From Amphiscolops sp. MND2022 (Eukaryota), in NCBI GenBank assembly GCA_964187785.1, contig OZ076409.1:66590001-66654000 (forward strand): a DNA stretch of 64,000 nt, in the 5' to 3' direction. The notes below the pieces were generated by a model, which saw only the letters and a program-made list of their open reading frames with translations, did not search any database and was not told the origin of the DNA. Position 1 is the first letter of the stretch. Each line of letters starts with the position of its first letter. Below are positions 34,380 to 45,019 of this stretch, piece by piece. Both the position numbers and the translations under genes were made by a program.

Positions 34380-36097
34380 TTTTTTGACTCATCATTAGAG
34401 GATGAGGATTGGGAGCTCGATAATGTCGGTTTGGTCTGAGGTTTCTGAGCCTTTGGATTGGGTTTACCGTTATTGGCGTCATCTGGTCTGGTGCGTTTGG
34501 GTTTGAGATGTGCACCAGCACCTTGCCAACATCTTTCTTCCGGGTGGTTCTTTTTACCACAAGTGCCACACTCCGGGTACGTCTTTTTCTGAGTCTGTTT
34601 GCCTTGTTGGGCATCTTTTTCTTTTTTCTTCTTCAATTTCTCGCAATCTTTGACCATGTGGCCCTTTTCTTTGCAATAATTGCACGTTATATCACTCATC
34701 TGTACGTTGGAAGGAACAGTTTTTGTCTTGCCAATCGAAGATGTCATTGATGCTATGGGCAGGTCGTCAGACTCTTCAAGTGCATTCAGTTCCAGTTCTC
34801 GCTCTAGATGAGCGACAATTTCATCGTAAGAGCCATTCTCTAGTCTAGCCATGTTGACTGATCTTTTGAGCTTTGGTGGCAGTTTTGCATATAGGAGACT
34901 GTCAATCATTTTTTGGGCATTGTCTCCGAAGGCTTTTTCTGCTCCTTGGTTAAGCTCTTCAAGAAAGTCTGGCAATTTGGTCGTGTTAGGGTCAAAGACT
35001 AGGCGATGCCATTTGTGTTTTGCCGTTGCCTGAGATTCAGGTTTGACGTACTTTCGTCTGAAAATGACAAGTACATCTTCAAGAGTTTGTCTATTGGCGT
35101 TGCTGATGTTTCTGAATGTTTGGAGTGCATTCTTTCGCAGCAAGGAATGGAAGTGATTGATTTTCATTTGTTCGGTCATCTCAGGCTGCATCTTGATCAT
35201 CGTATGGAATAAATCCTCAAACAGCTCGAACTTCTCACTTTTTCCGTCGAATGTCATTGTGTTGGAGTTGACTGGGCGGATAGTGAGTTGTTGGGCCGTT
35301 GGACGGTTCTGCATACTAGTCAAAACATCTGCTAGCCTGTTGATGGGGTCTTGTTCTGATGCCAGAGCGGGTCGTTCTTGTGCTGGGATCGTCGTGTCGA
35401 GCAGCGGAAGGTCATCACAGGATCTGTTGAGATGAGTAGTGGATGGCATTCGTCCTGTGAGAAACTCAGGAACTTCAATTGGAGATTCGTTTTCTCCTGT
35501 CACCATGTCGTAAGCACGAGTATCTGAGGATGTAAATCCGTCTTTCTGGCGGTCACCAAGTGTCTTACTCTTCAAATTATTTCTAGAGTCTGAATTACGC
35601 AGAACTTCAGAATATCCTTCCGGTCTCTCAGACGGAACGTTCCATCTCTCTTTGGTCATATGTCCGGAATCGGCCATAAGGGCATTTTGAATCTGGGGAA
35701 GAACTTGATTACTAATTGCCTCACTTATAGCTCTTTGAATCTGCACGCTGACACTGTTCATCATCTCATCCATCTCCCGAGATATACGGGAATTTAACTC
35801 ACTCGACAATCTGTTGATCTCAGCATTAGAACTGCCTCTAACTGAGTTCTGACCTAATTCGGCATTTGGACTAGGTCCGTTGTTTTCAGAGTTAAATAAC
35901 CTATTTTCGTCCTCATTTTCAAATTCATCACCAAAAGGACTACCAGGTCTTCTGGCCTGGTTACTATTTAGGCTCTCACTTCTTCCATTTCTATTATAAT
36001 GATTTCCTCCGAGCATTATGTCCAAATTCTCAATATCTGACAACATTTCTGCCTCTCTTGATTTTCTCGCTTTCTTTTGTTTCCTTGTGGTAGGCAT
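34376..36097 (-). CDS. gag: Gag of element A (573 aa, two CCHC knuckles); first 197 codons lie in the 5' LTR
   Basis: CNYCKEKGHMVKDC and CGTCGKKNHPEERC knuckles, plus a capsid-like FDGKSEKFELFEDLF region. Confidence 0.93.
   Translation of the reverse strand: MPTTRKQKKARKSREAEMLSDIENLDIMLGGNHYNRNGRSESLNSNQARRPGSPFGDEFENEDENRLFNSENNGPSPNAELGQNSVRGSSNAEINRLSSELNSRISREMDEMMNSVSVQIQRAISEAISNQVLPQIQNALMADSGHMTKERWNVPSERPEGYSEVLRNSDSRNNLKSKTLGDRQKDGFTSSDTRAYDMVTGENESPIEVPEFLTGRMPSTTHLNRSCDDLPLLDTTIPAQERPALASEQDPINRLADVLTSMQNRPTAQQLTIRPVNSNTMTFDGKSEKFELFEDLFHTMIKMQPEMTEQMKINHFHSLLRKNALQTFRNISNANRQTLEDVLVIFRRKYVKPESQATAKHKWHRLVFDPNTTKLPDFLEELNQGAEKAFGDNAQKMIDSLLYAKLPPKLKRSVNMARLENGSYDEIVAHLERELELNALEESDDLPIASMTSSIGKTKTVPSNVQMSDITCNYCKEKGHMVKDCEKLKKKKEKDAQQGKQTQKKTYPECGTCGKKNHPEERCWQGAGAHLKPKRTRPDDANNGKPNPKAQKPQTKPTLSSSQSSSSNDESKN
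34379..34385 (-). promoter_or_regulatory. -1 ribosomal frameshift slippery heptamer A AAA AAC
   Basis: Sits immediately before the gag TAA. The -1 frame (LTSPRLQYN...QQLMGYP) is the pol frame. The same arrangement occurs at 58047-58053. Confidence 0.85.
35494..35505 (-). promoter_or_regulatory. Primer-binding site TGGTGACAGGAG abutting the 5' LTR
   Basis: TGG directly follows the LTR-terminal CA. The same 12-mer is at 56930-56941 in element B. Cognate tRNA not determined. Confidence 0.75.
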
Positions 36098-37351
36098 TGA
36101 AATTGAACCGGGTTGAATAATTTAATTATTAAAACCGGAAAACTGACAAACGTCGTTGTAATAAAACAATCTTTATCAAAGTAAGGTTATGGAAATTGTG
36201 TCTCCCTTTGCAGGAAAGTGACTATATATACTCCTGAAAGATGACACTTGCATTCCACGGATTCTTTGATCAAGATAATATCATGTGGTTATGTCCTCAA
36301 CAGGTCATGTGACAAATATCATTACGGCATCGGGTATTAATACTTCAAAGCAACTATTTTAGGGTGATGTCCCGATTGGGAAAATTCCTAACATTTTACA
36401 ATCACAACTATTCATTCATCAAAGGCGGCATCAAAATATTTACTAGCGCATCAAATGAAATTTCCGTCTATCAAAGAAACTAGTACTCATCATGAATATA
36501 AATAACATTGCATACATTCCTTTCTGGCACGTGCCACCACGTGACCTAAATTAGCTTTACAGCAGTGTGAAGCACCTCATGTTATTAGGCCCAATACGGC
36601 CAATTGACATATTAATAATTATATGCGTTGATTAACCGATTAGCCCCAAATACATGTACTGCATCACATTCCAAAGGAACGTAACAATTCCAATGGCCGG
36701 GAATAGCCGGCTAATTAATGGGCAAGTACTAATGAAATATGGCCTTAAGGGCCTAGCAAAAGGTTGGGTATTAAAACGAAGCATCGGTCAAGGAAAAAGA
36801 TCTGGCTATTATGAAAACATAAACTCAACAAACATGATTTGTTACATGTTAAATTATCACCTTATTTCAATCTTGAACTAATGGGACGGAACCGGCCATT
36901 TGACCAGTGTACCAAAAGAGAATATTAAAAGCGCGGTAATTGGCCTTACTCGGCCATTAATTAAATAGCATCAATAAACGAGATTGCATACTGCAATATG
37001 ATTGGTTGAGGTAACGTGTTCAAGTGACGCTGGCGGTACATTGCCGTACGTTACTTGAACTCGTTTCCTATACTGCCTTACAGTTGCTCGTTTCATTGTA
37101 TTTCCTATTGCTTTAAATTAGCGCCTTACAACTCCATCAACTCGATTGAAATTTCCAATTGTTAGATTTAACAGACTAATTGTATATAAAATGAGCGTCA
37201 TCAATGATCATAATGCACAAAATAACAAAATGGCGTGAAAGTTTGATATCAATTGTAAGTTCTTAATAAATAGGTAAGGTTCCGGGTACATATTCTTGGC
37301 CAACTGCCGAAGTAGTTACTGTCGTGCCGTCACAGGCGGCAGCCTGCGACA
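35506..37351 (-). repeat. 5' LTR of element A
   Basis: 1846-bp repeat with a TATA-like TATATATA at about 36223-36230 upstream of the gag ATG, conserved in element B at about 56211. Confidence 0.95.
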
Positions 37352-39587
37352 TATACGGATAATAAAATGTCTAAAAATTGGGCACATTTTGATATCGGAG
37401 CAAAACGCATTGAAGGAAAACGTCTAGGGCTTTTCCTTGAGGGAACTAACTGCTTGAGCGTAATTCCGGAATCAAAGTTGATACCATCTGAAAATTTCAC
37501 GAAAACTACGTAATACGTTTCGTACTGGCTTTATCCGAGTTTAGGAACTATTACGGCAACCTTACCGAGTCAATGGAACAACCAATACAATCAGACCGAT
37601 CAAAAACAAAAACAACCATGCGACCGATAGGCAACTAAACCAAACTAACTAAAGTCAAACAAAACGCCTCAGTGACTTGGCCTCAGTAGTTTTTACTAAT
37701 TTCTGTAGAAAATGAACTTTCAGTTTGAGATCGGTGGTCTGAAGAAAAAAGGTCACTGTAAGAATCGGGCATTTTTTGCTTCATCAAAAGCGCTAACTAA
37801 AAAGCAATCTAAATAAGCGCAGCTCGATGTTACCAAACCAAATATCAGTTCGCTCAAATAAAATCACCTTACCAATCTACCGTCAAAACGAGATTGATAT
37901 CAAAACGGTTGAACAAAAAAGTGGAGCCTTCAGCGGAGACCTTGGCTTTGGATAGCACATTGAAAAACAGTCAAAACCCGAGATGAGAGGAAGATAAACT
38001 GTAAATGAAAACGTTACAATCCTCCACGACAACACAACATAGAGCAGAACAAAAAAAAATAAAAACAAGAGAAGAAAAAAATGAATCGTTATGATATCAT
38101 ATGGAAACGAATGGAGAGCGGTAGCCACGAAAGAGAAGATTCGTTATCAGAATCATGCTGGATGCACACGCAGGCAGAATCGATTCTTTGTTTGATTAGT
38201 TTATGGCATACAAATGAATAAATAAAATCGTTGTTTCGTGATATTAAAAATTTGTGTAATACAGTATTTACCTTCCCCCGCAAAGGCTACTCAGCAATCA
38301 ACAAATGAATTACCAAAGGCAAAACCCGAAAACGACAATCAAAAGACGAGATGAATGCATACCAAGTAAAACATTACGAATGACTGTCAAACGAAGTAAC
38401 CAATAACCGAAATGAGCTTTTCACCACCGGTAAAAATCCGAGCCAAGAAATTCAATGGGGATTTATAGCACTATTCAGATTCCGATATCGGACGCTATTT
38501 ACGATACGTTCTATCAATTGATACAGGTGGTAGACGGCAACTGTTTTGCGCGAATCGCCAACTGGACGGACAGTCGAATTAAAATAGATCATTTTATAAT
38601 GCTAGAGGGAAGACAACAAAGGATTCGTACCAGAGAGGTGCATTGTCAAAAACGTTTACAGCAAATTAGTGTTCGAGTCATATCGGTATGGGTAAATTCC
38701 CCATTCGGACGATGGGTAAAGACTCAATGTGAACGAACGTAGAGGGCAGAAGTAATTTAAGCGAAGGGCCAAGCAGTTAACTGACAGTAAAGAGAGCAAC
38801 GACCCATTCGAAAATTAAGAGTTCATCATTTTAATGACCTTACGGAAGGAGACCGAGAACGGCACTAAATGTCCATATAGAATTCACACCAAATGGAAAA
38901 AACAAACCTAATTTCAGCCAAGTCGGAGACTCTCCAACAAACGTGAACAATGGATACGGATACTTGTCTTGAAAACACTACGAAAATTGCAAGGAGACGT
39001 AAGTAAGAAGTATTTTCATTCCTTGAACAAAGTCAAAACCGAAGCAACCTTCAGAGCATGCATGACACAAAACCACAACAAGCAATTGCTGAAACTAACA
39101 ATTACGAACAAATTATTACATAGAAAAAAGTAAATCGAGCATTAATAAACCCAGAGGAAAGAGAAGGACTATCGTGAGATCAAGATGAAAGGCAGCAAAC
39201 ACCAACACCAGAAGAGCAAACGAGACGAAGGGAGAAAGATTACTAGATACAATCTTCAATTTCAGCTCTCAAAGCTCTAAAATTTAAAAAGGGAGTAAGA
39301 TACTGGCATGAAGCCGAAGCAAAAGGTCCCAGGAGAACAATTTACGCATACATACAGAGAACATGAGTGAAGCACAACTGAATGTAGCTCTGACAACAAT
39401 AGAAGAAATCTTAGATACAATAGCAATCGTGAATAGAAACGATAGTAGTACCGAAGTAGTAGGAACGAAACAAATCATAAACCTCAACATAAACGATGCA
39501 AATATTGATCCTGTGATAACGAAAAACTTACCTTGAATAAGGTGAAACAACCTTTTTTAACGTTATGCGAATCGAATAACGTTCTAA

Positions 39588-42500
39588 TTTTCAGTCGACG
39601 CTTCATGTAGTGAAACGCTACTTTTATAATGACTCTTTTGTTCAATCCACACGAGCTGAACAAAGTAGTTCTACAAAAGTTCTACGAAATATTAAGTATC
39701 AAATGGAACCATTTAGCCTAGAGAACTGAACCAAAAATGTTTTTCCTGTTTTTCTGCGTAACATACAGTACCAGGCGAGACTAAAGGGTCCCCTTTTCAG
39801 TTTTTTCGGCATTGTGAGACATTTTTTTCGGAAAAATAAAATTTCCCAAAGGGTCCCCTTCATTTTTTTGATGTTTTGTAAGTGCGCCAATTCAGTTCAA
39901 CTTTTGGGTTTTTCGGGTACTGTAGAAGAATTCTTGACACTTTGAAGTCTGCTATTTTTGAGCCGTATTTATACACCGAGACAATGGCTTGAAAGGTTCC
40001 GGCAGTTCTGTAAACGGGAACACAAAATCGATATTACCCCATTACTGAAAGGAGAAAACATTACGGACGCCAATTGGAACGGAAAAGAACAAGCCGTACA
40101 AGAAGATTTCATATGGGGAGTGGGACCGGAAGCACTATACCAAATAACCAGGGCCGAATATAAAACGGAACCCGACAGTATAAAAGTGAAGAACCTAATC
40201 CGGTTTTTCACCGAATTCTACATGCCGAAAAGAAACACTTACCACAACCGAGGCAACTTCTTTTGGGCAAAGCAAACCGAAGATGAGACACCGGAGGAAT
40301 TCTGGAGACGACTAATTGAAATCGAAAAAGAGTGTAACTTTATTGCAATATCAGCTGAAGAATTGTTGATATCAAAATACATGACTGCAATCACCGATAA
40401 AAAACTACGGGACAAAATAATGAAAGAAAAAACGCTGGAACTGAAGAAAAGATTCGAACTGATAAAACAAAATACATACCAGAAAAAGAATAAAAAGAAC
40501 ACAATACCGGAAGCTTTGATAACAACAAAAGAAAAACACATGACGAAGGAAGAACCAATACAAAGAATGGAACGATTCGGTACCAGACCGAAAAATAAAA
40601 ACTACGGAAACCGTACATGCAGATTTTGCAATGCTCCAAACTGGACACCGATGCACAAATGTCCCGCACTAGAAGCGAACTGCAACATATGCGGAAAGAA
40701 GGGACATTACGCGAAAGCATGCAGACAGAAATTCAACAACAACCAAACAGTGAAAAGACTAACCGAAGAAGAAATGAACGAACCGGACGAATCAACAAGC
40801 GAATCAGATGAGATCATACACCACATAAAAGAAATCAAGAAGATAAATGAAATGAACAAACACTTCACAGCGGTAGTACGAGTTAATGGGGTAAAGAACG
40901 AATTCATAATTGACACCGGATCACCCATTTCAATTATGCCACCCGACGAAAGAATTATGAAATCAACCGAAATTCAGAAAATAACCAACCGATACCAAGA
41001 TGTGAACAAAAACGAAGTAAAATTCCGGGGGAAAATTCCGGTAAACATCGAACATGAGAATAATAATCAAAAAATGGAAATCCTAATAACCGAGAGAACA
41101 GATATAACACCATTACTCGGTATGGATTGGATGAAGAAATTCAAACTGACAATCAGAAGAATACAATTAGCCGAGAACAACCAATCAGAACGCGAGAAAA
41201 TATTTAACAAATGTCCGGATTTCATTTGTTTTTCTAATTCCCGTCCTACATCTTCCTGTAGATGTAGTGGTATCGGTCTAGCTTTTTGTTTTACCGGATA
41301 GTGTCCAGGTTTTAATTGGATATTTATTTCGGTATCTTTGATTGTGTCGTTGTTCTCAAATAGGTCCGGAAATTTGTTAAATGTTTTCTCGCGTTCTGAT
41401 TGGTTGTTCTCGGTTAATTGTATTCTTCTGATTGTCAGTTTGAATTTCTTCATCCAATCCATACCGAGTAATGGTGTTATATATGTTCTCTCGGTTATTA
41501 GGATTTCCATTTTTGATTGGAAGTGTAATAATGCAAGGCGACAACTTACCGATCGTAGACCTCAGCAAGTATAACACAGATGGGAAAAAAGCGAAATATA
41601 TTCAAATTAACCACATTGTTGACAAACTCACCGCAAACAAAAAAGTAACCGAAGACCACATAAAGAAAGCCGAGTTCGACTTCATGATGGACCTAAAAAC
41701 GATGATAGCGAAGACCGCCATAGATCCGGAACTGACCCGAGTCAGAACCAGCATGCGGAGAGAAGACCGCGATACAATTCCGGACGGATATCGGACAGTT
41801 TTCGACAAGCTGTCAATTAGATGGGGACTGGTCTTTGTCGACGACCAAATAATAATCCCAATCGACCTCAGACACCGCCTATTAGAGATACTACATTTCG
41901 GCCACTCCGGAATAACGAAGATGATGTCCGAAGCAAAAATATTCTGGTGGCCGGACATGAAGAAGGACATCGAAAATAAAGTACAAGACTGTACAGCACG
42001 CCTCGCATCAGGTAAAAACCTTTAATACCAATTACCAAAAAAACATTACGGAAAACTAAAAAAACTATTCGAACCAGGACAAGAAATTAAAATTGATTTT
42101 ACCGGAAAATTACATAATAAACTTTTACACGGCGAAACACAGATACTGATTGCAGTTGATAGATTTAGCAAATGGCCGACCATAAAAATTTGTAAATTAG
42201 CGGAAACGAAAGAAGTGATAAACTTCTGAACAAGTAACAATTTATACGGAATACCGGAGAAAATAAAATCAGACAAAGGCGGAGCATCTATATCGAAAGA
42301 ATACCGAGAATTTTGCAAAAATCGAAACATCGAAATTAAATACTGTACACCCCGAATGCATACGGGAAACGGAGCAGTGGAAAGAGCAATACAAACGCTC
42401 AAAAATCTAATAATAGCAAACTTGGAAGTCGGAATAGGCATAACCGAAAGCGTAAATAGAGCGTTAAGGGTTATGCGATTTACAATACATACCGGTCTGA

Positions 42501-43494
42501 AACTAACACCGTTTGAACTACATCACGGTAGAAAACCGAGAACCAAATTAACAAACATCGTTGAAGACGGAAAAACATACCTATCTAATTGGTCAGAAAT
42601 GCCTATTTCAGCACCAACCAGACCCAAAATACCAATCTATGTGGGCCGCGATGCGGAATGAGAGATCACAAATCATATGGTAATGGCAAAAACACAAGCG
42701 GAGAGATAAACCCAAATAACAGACACTGTTTGAGGGGTTTGAACGGGAAATATGGCCGACGGGACGAGATCCTACGGGACATCCTAAACGGCAAATTAAA
42801 AATTGTACAAAACCCGAAACAACCGGAAAGTGAGACCGAAGATGAAGATGACGACGACGAAGAGATGCCGGAAGAAACCGGAACGCCAACAAAGGTATAT
42901 GACACTTCTGAACGCAAAGGAAGCTACGTACCGATCCGAACTAGTCCGGAAGAAGACGCTCTACAAATCTACACCGATGGAGACACGACGGGTGAGAATT
43001 TAGAAAACCAAAACCAAATAAGACGATCAAACCGAAATAGTAAAAAACCGAATAGATACGGTAGCATACCTTATACCGGAAATTTTTGGGGTTAGAACAA
43101 CCGGTTGTAATAAATCATATGTATATTACAGGAAACTTGTGGAACAGGCACAAAGGAACACCTCTACCCAAGAAGGTCCAGAAGCCATCCGAAGAGAATA
43201 CACCCCCAGGACCATCCAGCCAGAACTGAGAAGAGAGAGGGGGAAATGTTATATTCGGTTCATACCGACTTGACCTCTACCGTATATTCGGATACCAGCA
43301 GTCTAGAAGCTAGGAGTTGTTTACCAACAAACTCTGAATAGACTCTCATACCATACATACATTTATACGTTTGTTTTGGTTACAGTACAGTGATACAAAC
43401 ATAGATCTATCTCTTTTAACAATTTCCTTTTCTCTTAACCTATATCCGTAGAATAGAACAGATATGGCGCTGACTTTTGCGGTTCCTGGCTTCT
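39588..43494 (+). mobile_element. HINE family 1 copy interrupted near its 3' end by a gypsy remnant
   Basis: HINE sequence runs 39588-39964 ending TTTTTGAGCC. Its terminus resumes at 43461 with GATATGGCGCTGACT...CCTGGCTT. Confidence 0.6.
39965..43460 (+). mobile_element. Decayed Ty3/gypsy element of a second family: gag-protease, internal inversion replacing RT/RH, integrase remnants, PPT and 3' LTR
   Basis: CNICGKKGHYAKAC knuckle, IIDTGS protease, HFGHSG...C and NGAVER integrase pieces with stops. PPT GAGAAGAGAGAGGGGGAAA at 43228-43246. LTR TGTTATATTC...GAATAGAACA at 43247-43460. Confidence 0.88.
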
Positions 43495-44302
43495 TTATAT
43501 GTAACACTGATAGAAGATTCAATAAGAAACTTTACCAATCAAGAGAGTGATAGGAACCTACCGGAGATATCAAAGCTTAGACAAGAAGAACGGCCAATTC
43601 CAGTCATACTCCAGTAATTGTGCTTTTATATTAAGGTAAAGAGCGGCTTGTATTTGCTAGCCTATACTGTACAGAGTCTTACATCTTACCTAAGTTTCCA
43701 TTAAGACAATAATGCGACAGGTGTTCTGTTTGGTTTTCATTTTTTCCTGAGCTTTTGAGTAACTCTTTCTCTGAAGTGCGCTCATTTAATTGCGACCTCC
43801 CCTTTCCATCAATATAATTGAGAGTTGTCATCTGCTGTTCGTTTGAAGCTGTCAGCATCAATTTTCCATCAAAATGTAGCGACTTCCAACTATTTATTTA
43901 TTAATTCATACCGCGTTTATTTTTTAAACGCACTTCCTCCAACCCATCTGATGAGGGACTGGGAAGAGCCAGTTAGCTTGTCTTCAATTATTCAAAATAC
44001 CTACAAATTGACAGGTACGAGATGGCTAAATGGAGCATTGTTTTCAGATTTTGAGTGGGAGTAAAAAAACTGAGAAAAACAGGTGAGTTTTGCATTCGGT
44101 AAGTTTTTCATGCGCTTTGCGAAACTCAAAAGTGGTATTCTTCATCAATCAGTCTTTAAACCGCCCACACTGCACAAGTAGCTTTTCAACGTAAAAAAAA
44201 AACAGCTCTCATTTGACAAAGAGACTGCAATTTACGTATTCTTCTTCGGTGGAGAATCTTCATTTGGCTTATAGTCGACAATTTCATTTTCGAGGCATAA
44301 TT

Positions 44303-44374
44303 ATCTGGAGCGATTTTTAAAACCATTTCTTATATATTAATATATAGGAAATGGATTTAAAAAACGCTCCAGAT
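44303..44374. repeat. 72-bp near-perfect palindrome without a loop
   Basis: ATCTGGAGCG...TATATT|AATATA...CGCTCCAGAT. Confidence 0.85.
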
Positions 44375-44605
44375 GTGATACAGCCCCATGTTACAACTCC
44401 ATTTACTGCTGAAACCGTTTCAAAATAGTTTCATGAAGTCTTTCAGGTTCTATTGTTTGCAAAGGAGAGATTGCAAACTGAGCTCCTCTTGAGCATTTAA
44501 CATGCGATAACAAATGTTACAATTTTCCCTTAATATTTTTGTGCATAGTGCATAATTGCTTTCTAGATATTCAAAACAGTTTATTTGACACGCAGTCAAA
44601 ACGAT

Positions 44606-44816
44606 ATCAAATGGTAATACTGAACCATCTATGGCTACCATGTCAAATGGTAAAAATGATTCATATATGGCGACCATGTCAAATGGTAATAATGAACCAT
44701 CTACGACGACCATGTCAAATGGTAATAATGAACCATCTATGGCGACCATGTCAAATGGTAATAATGAACCATCTATGGCGACCATGTCAAATGGTAATAA
44801 TGAACCATCTATGGCG
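44606..44816. repeat. Minisatellite with a 36-bp unit, about 6 copies
   Basis: Unit ATGTCAAATGGTAATAATGAACCATCTATGGCGACC. Confidence 0.9.
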
Positions 44817-45019
44817 TCGAGCTGTTCCATTAAAGGCCCATCTTTGGCCTGCCCTGGAATCTCAATCGGGAGCGACATTGAAACTCACCAAAAATCAAAG
44901 ATTACGGAAAATGAATTTCCTTAGTTTTCATAATAATATTTCTCAATTTGTATAATTCAAGTACCTTCAGCAAACAAACATGAAAGTCTTTTTCAAACCA
45001 ACCAATCCAATTGCAGTGG

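Larger units (their letters stand above)
21064..37351 (-). mobile_element. Complete Ty3/gypsy LTR retrotransposon (element A, 16,288 bp) with two extra genes
   Basis: Two 1846-bp direct repeats bounded by TGTCG...CGACA. 5-bp TSD TATAC at 21059-21063 and 37352-37356. gag followed by pol in PR-RT-RH-IN order. Confidence 0.97.

Noticed and set aside
37357..39550. A-rich, strand-biased, coding-like DNA continuing from 20300-21058 across the element A insertion
   Set aside because: Many stops and no recognisable motif. Possibly an old mobile element, but not assignable.
44450..44955. Repetitive ORFs on both strands
   Set aside because: They arise from the 36-bp minisatellite, with no independent coding evidence. 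The array has no unique spacers, so it is not CRISPR.
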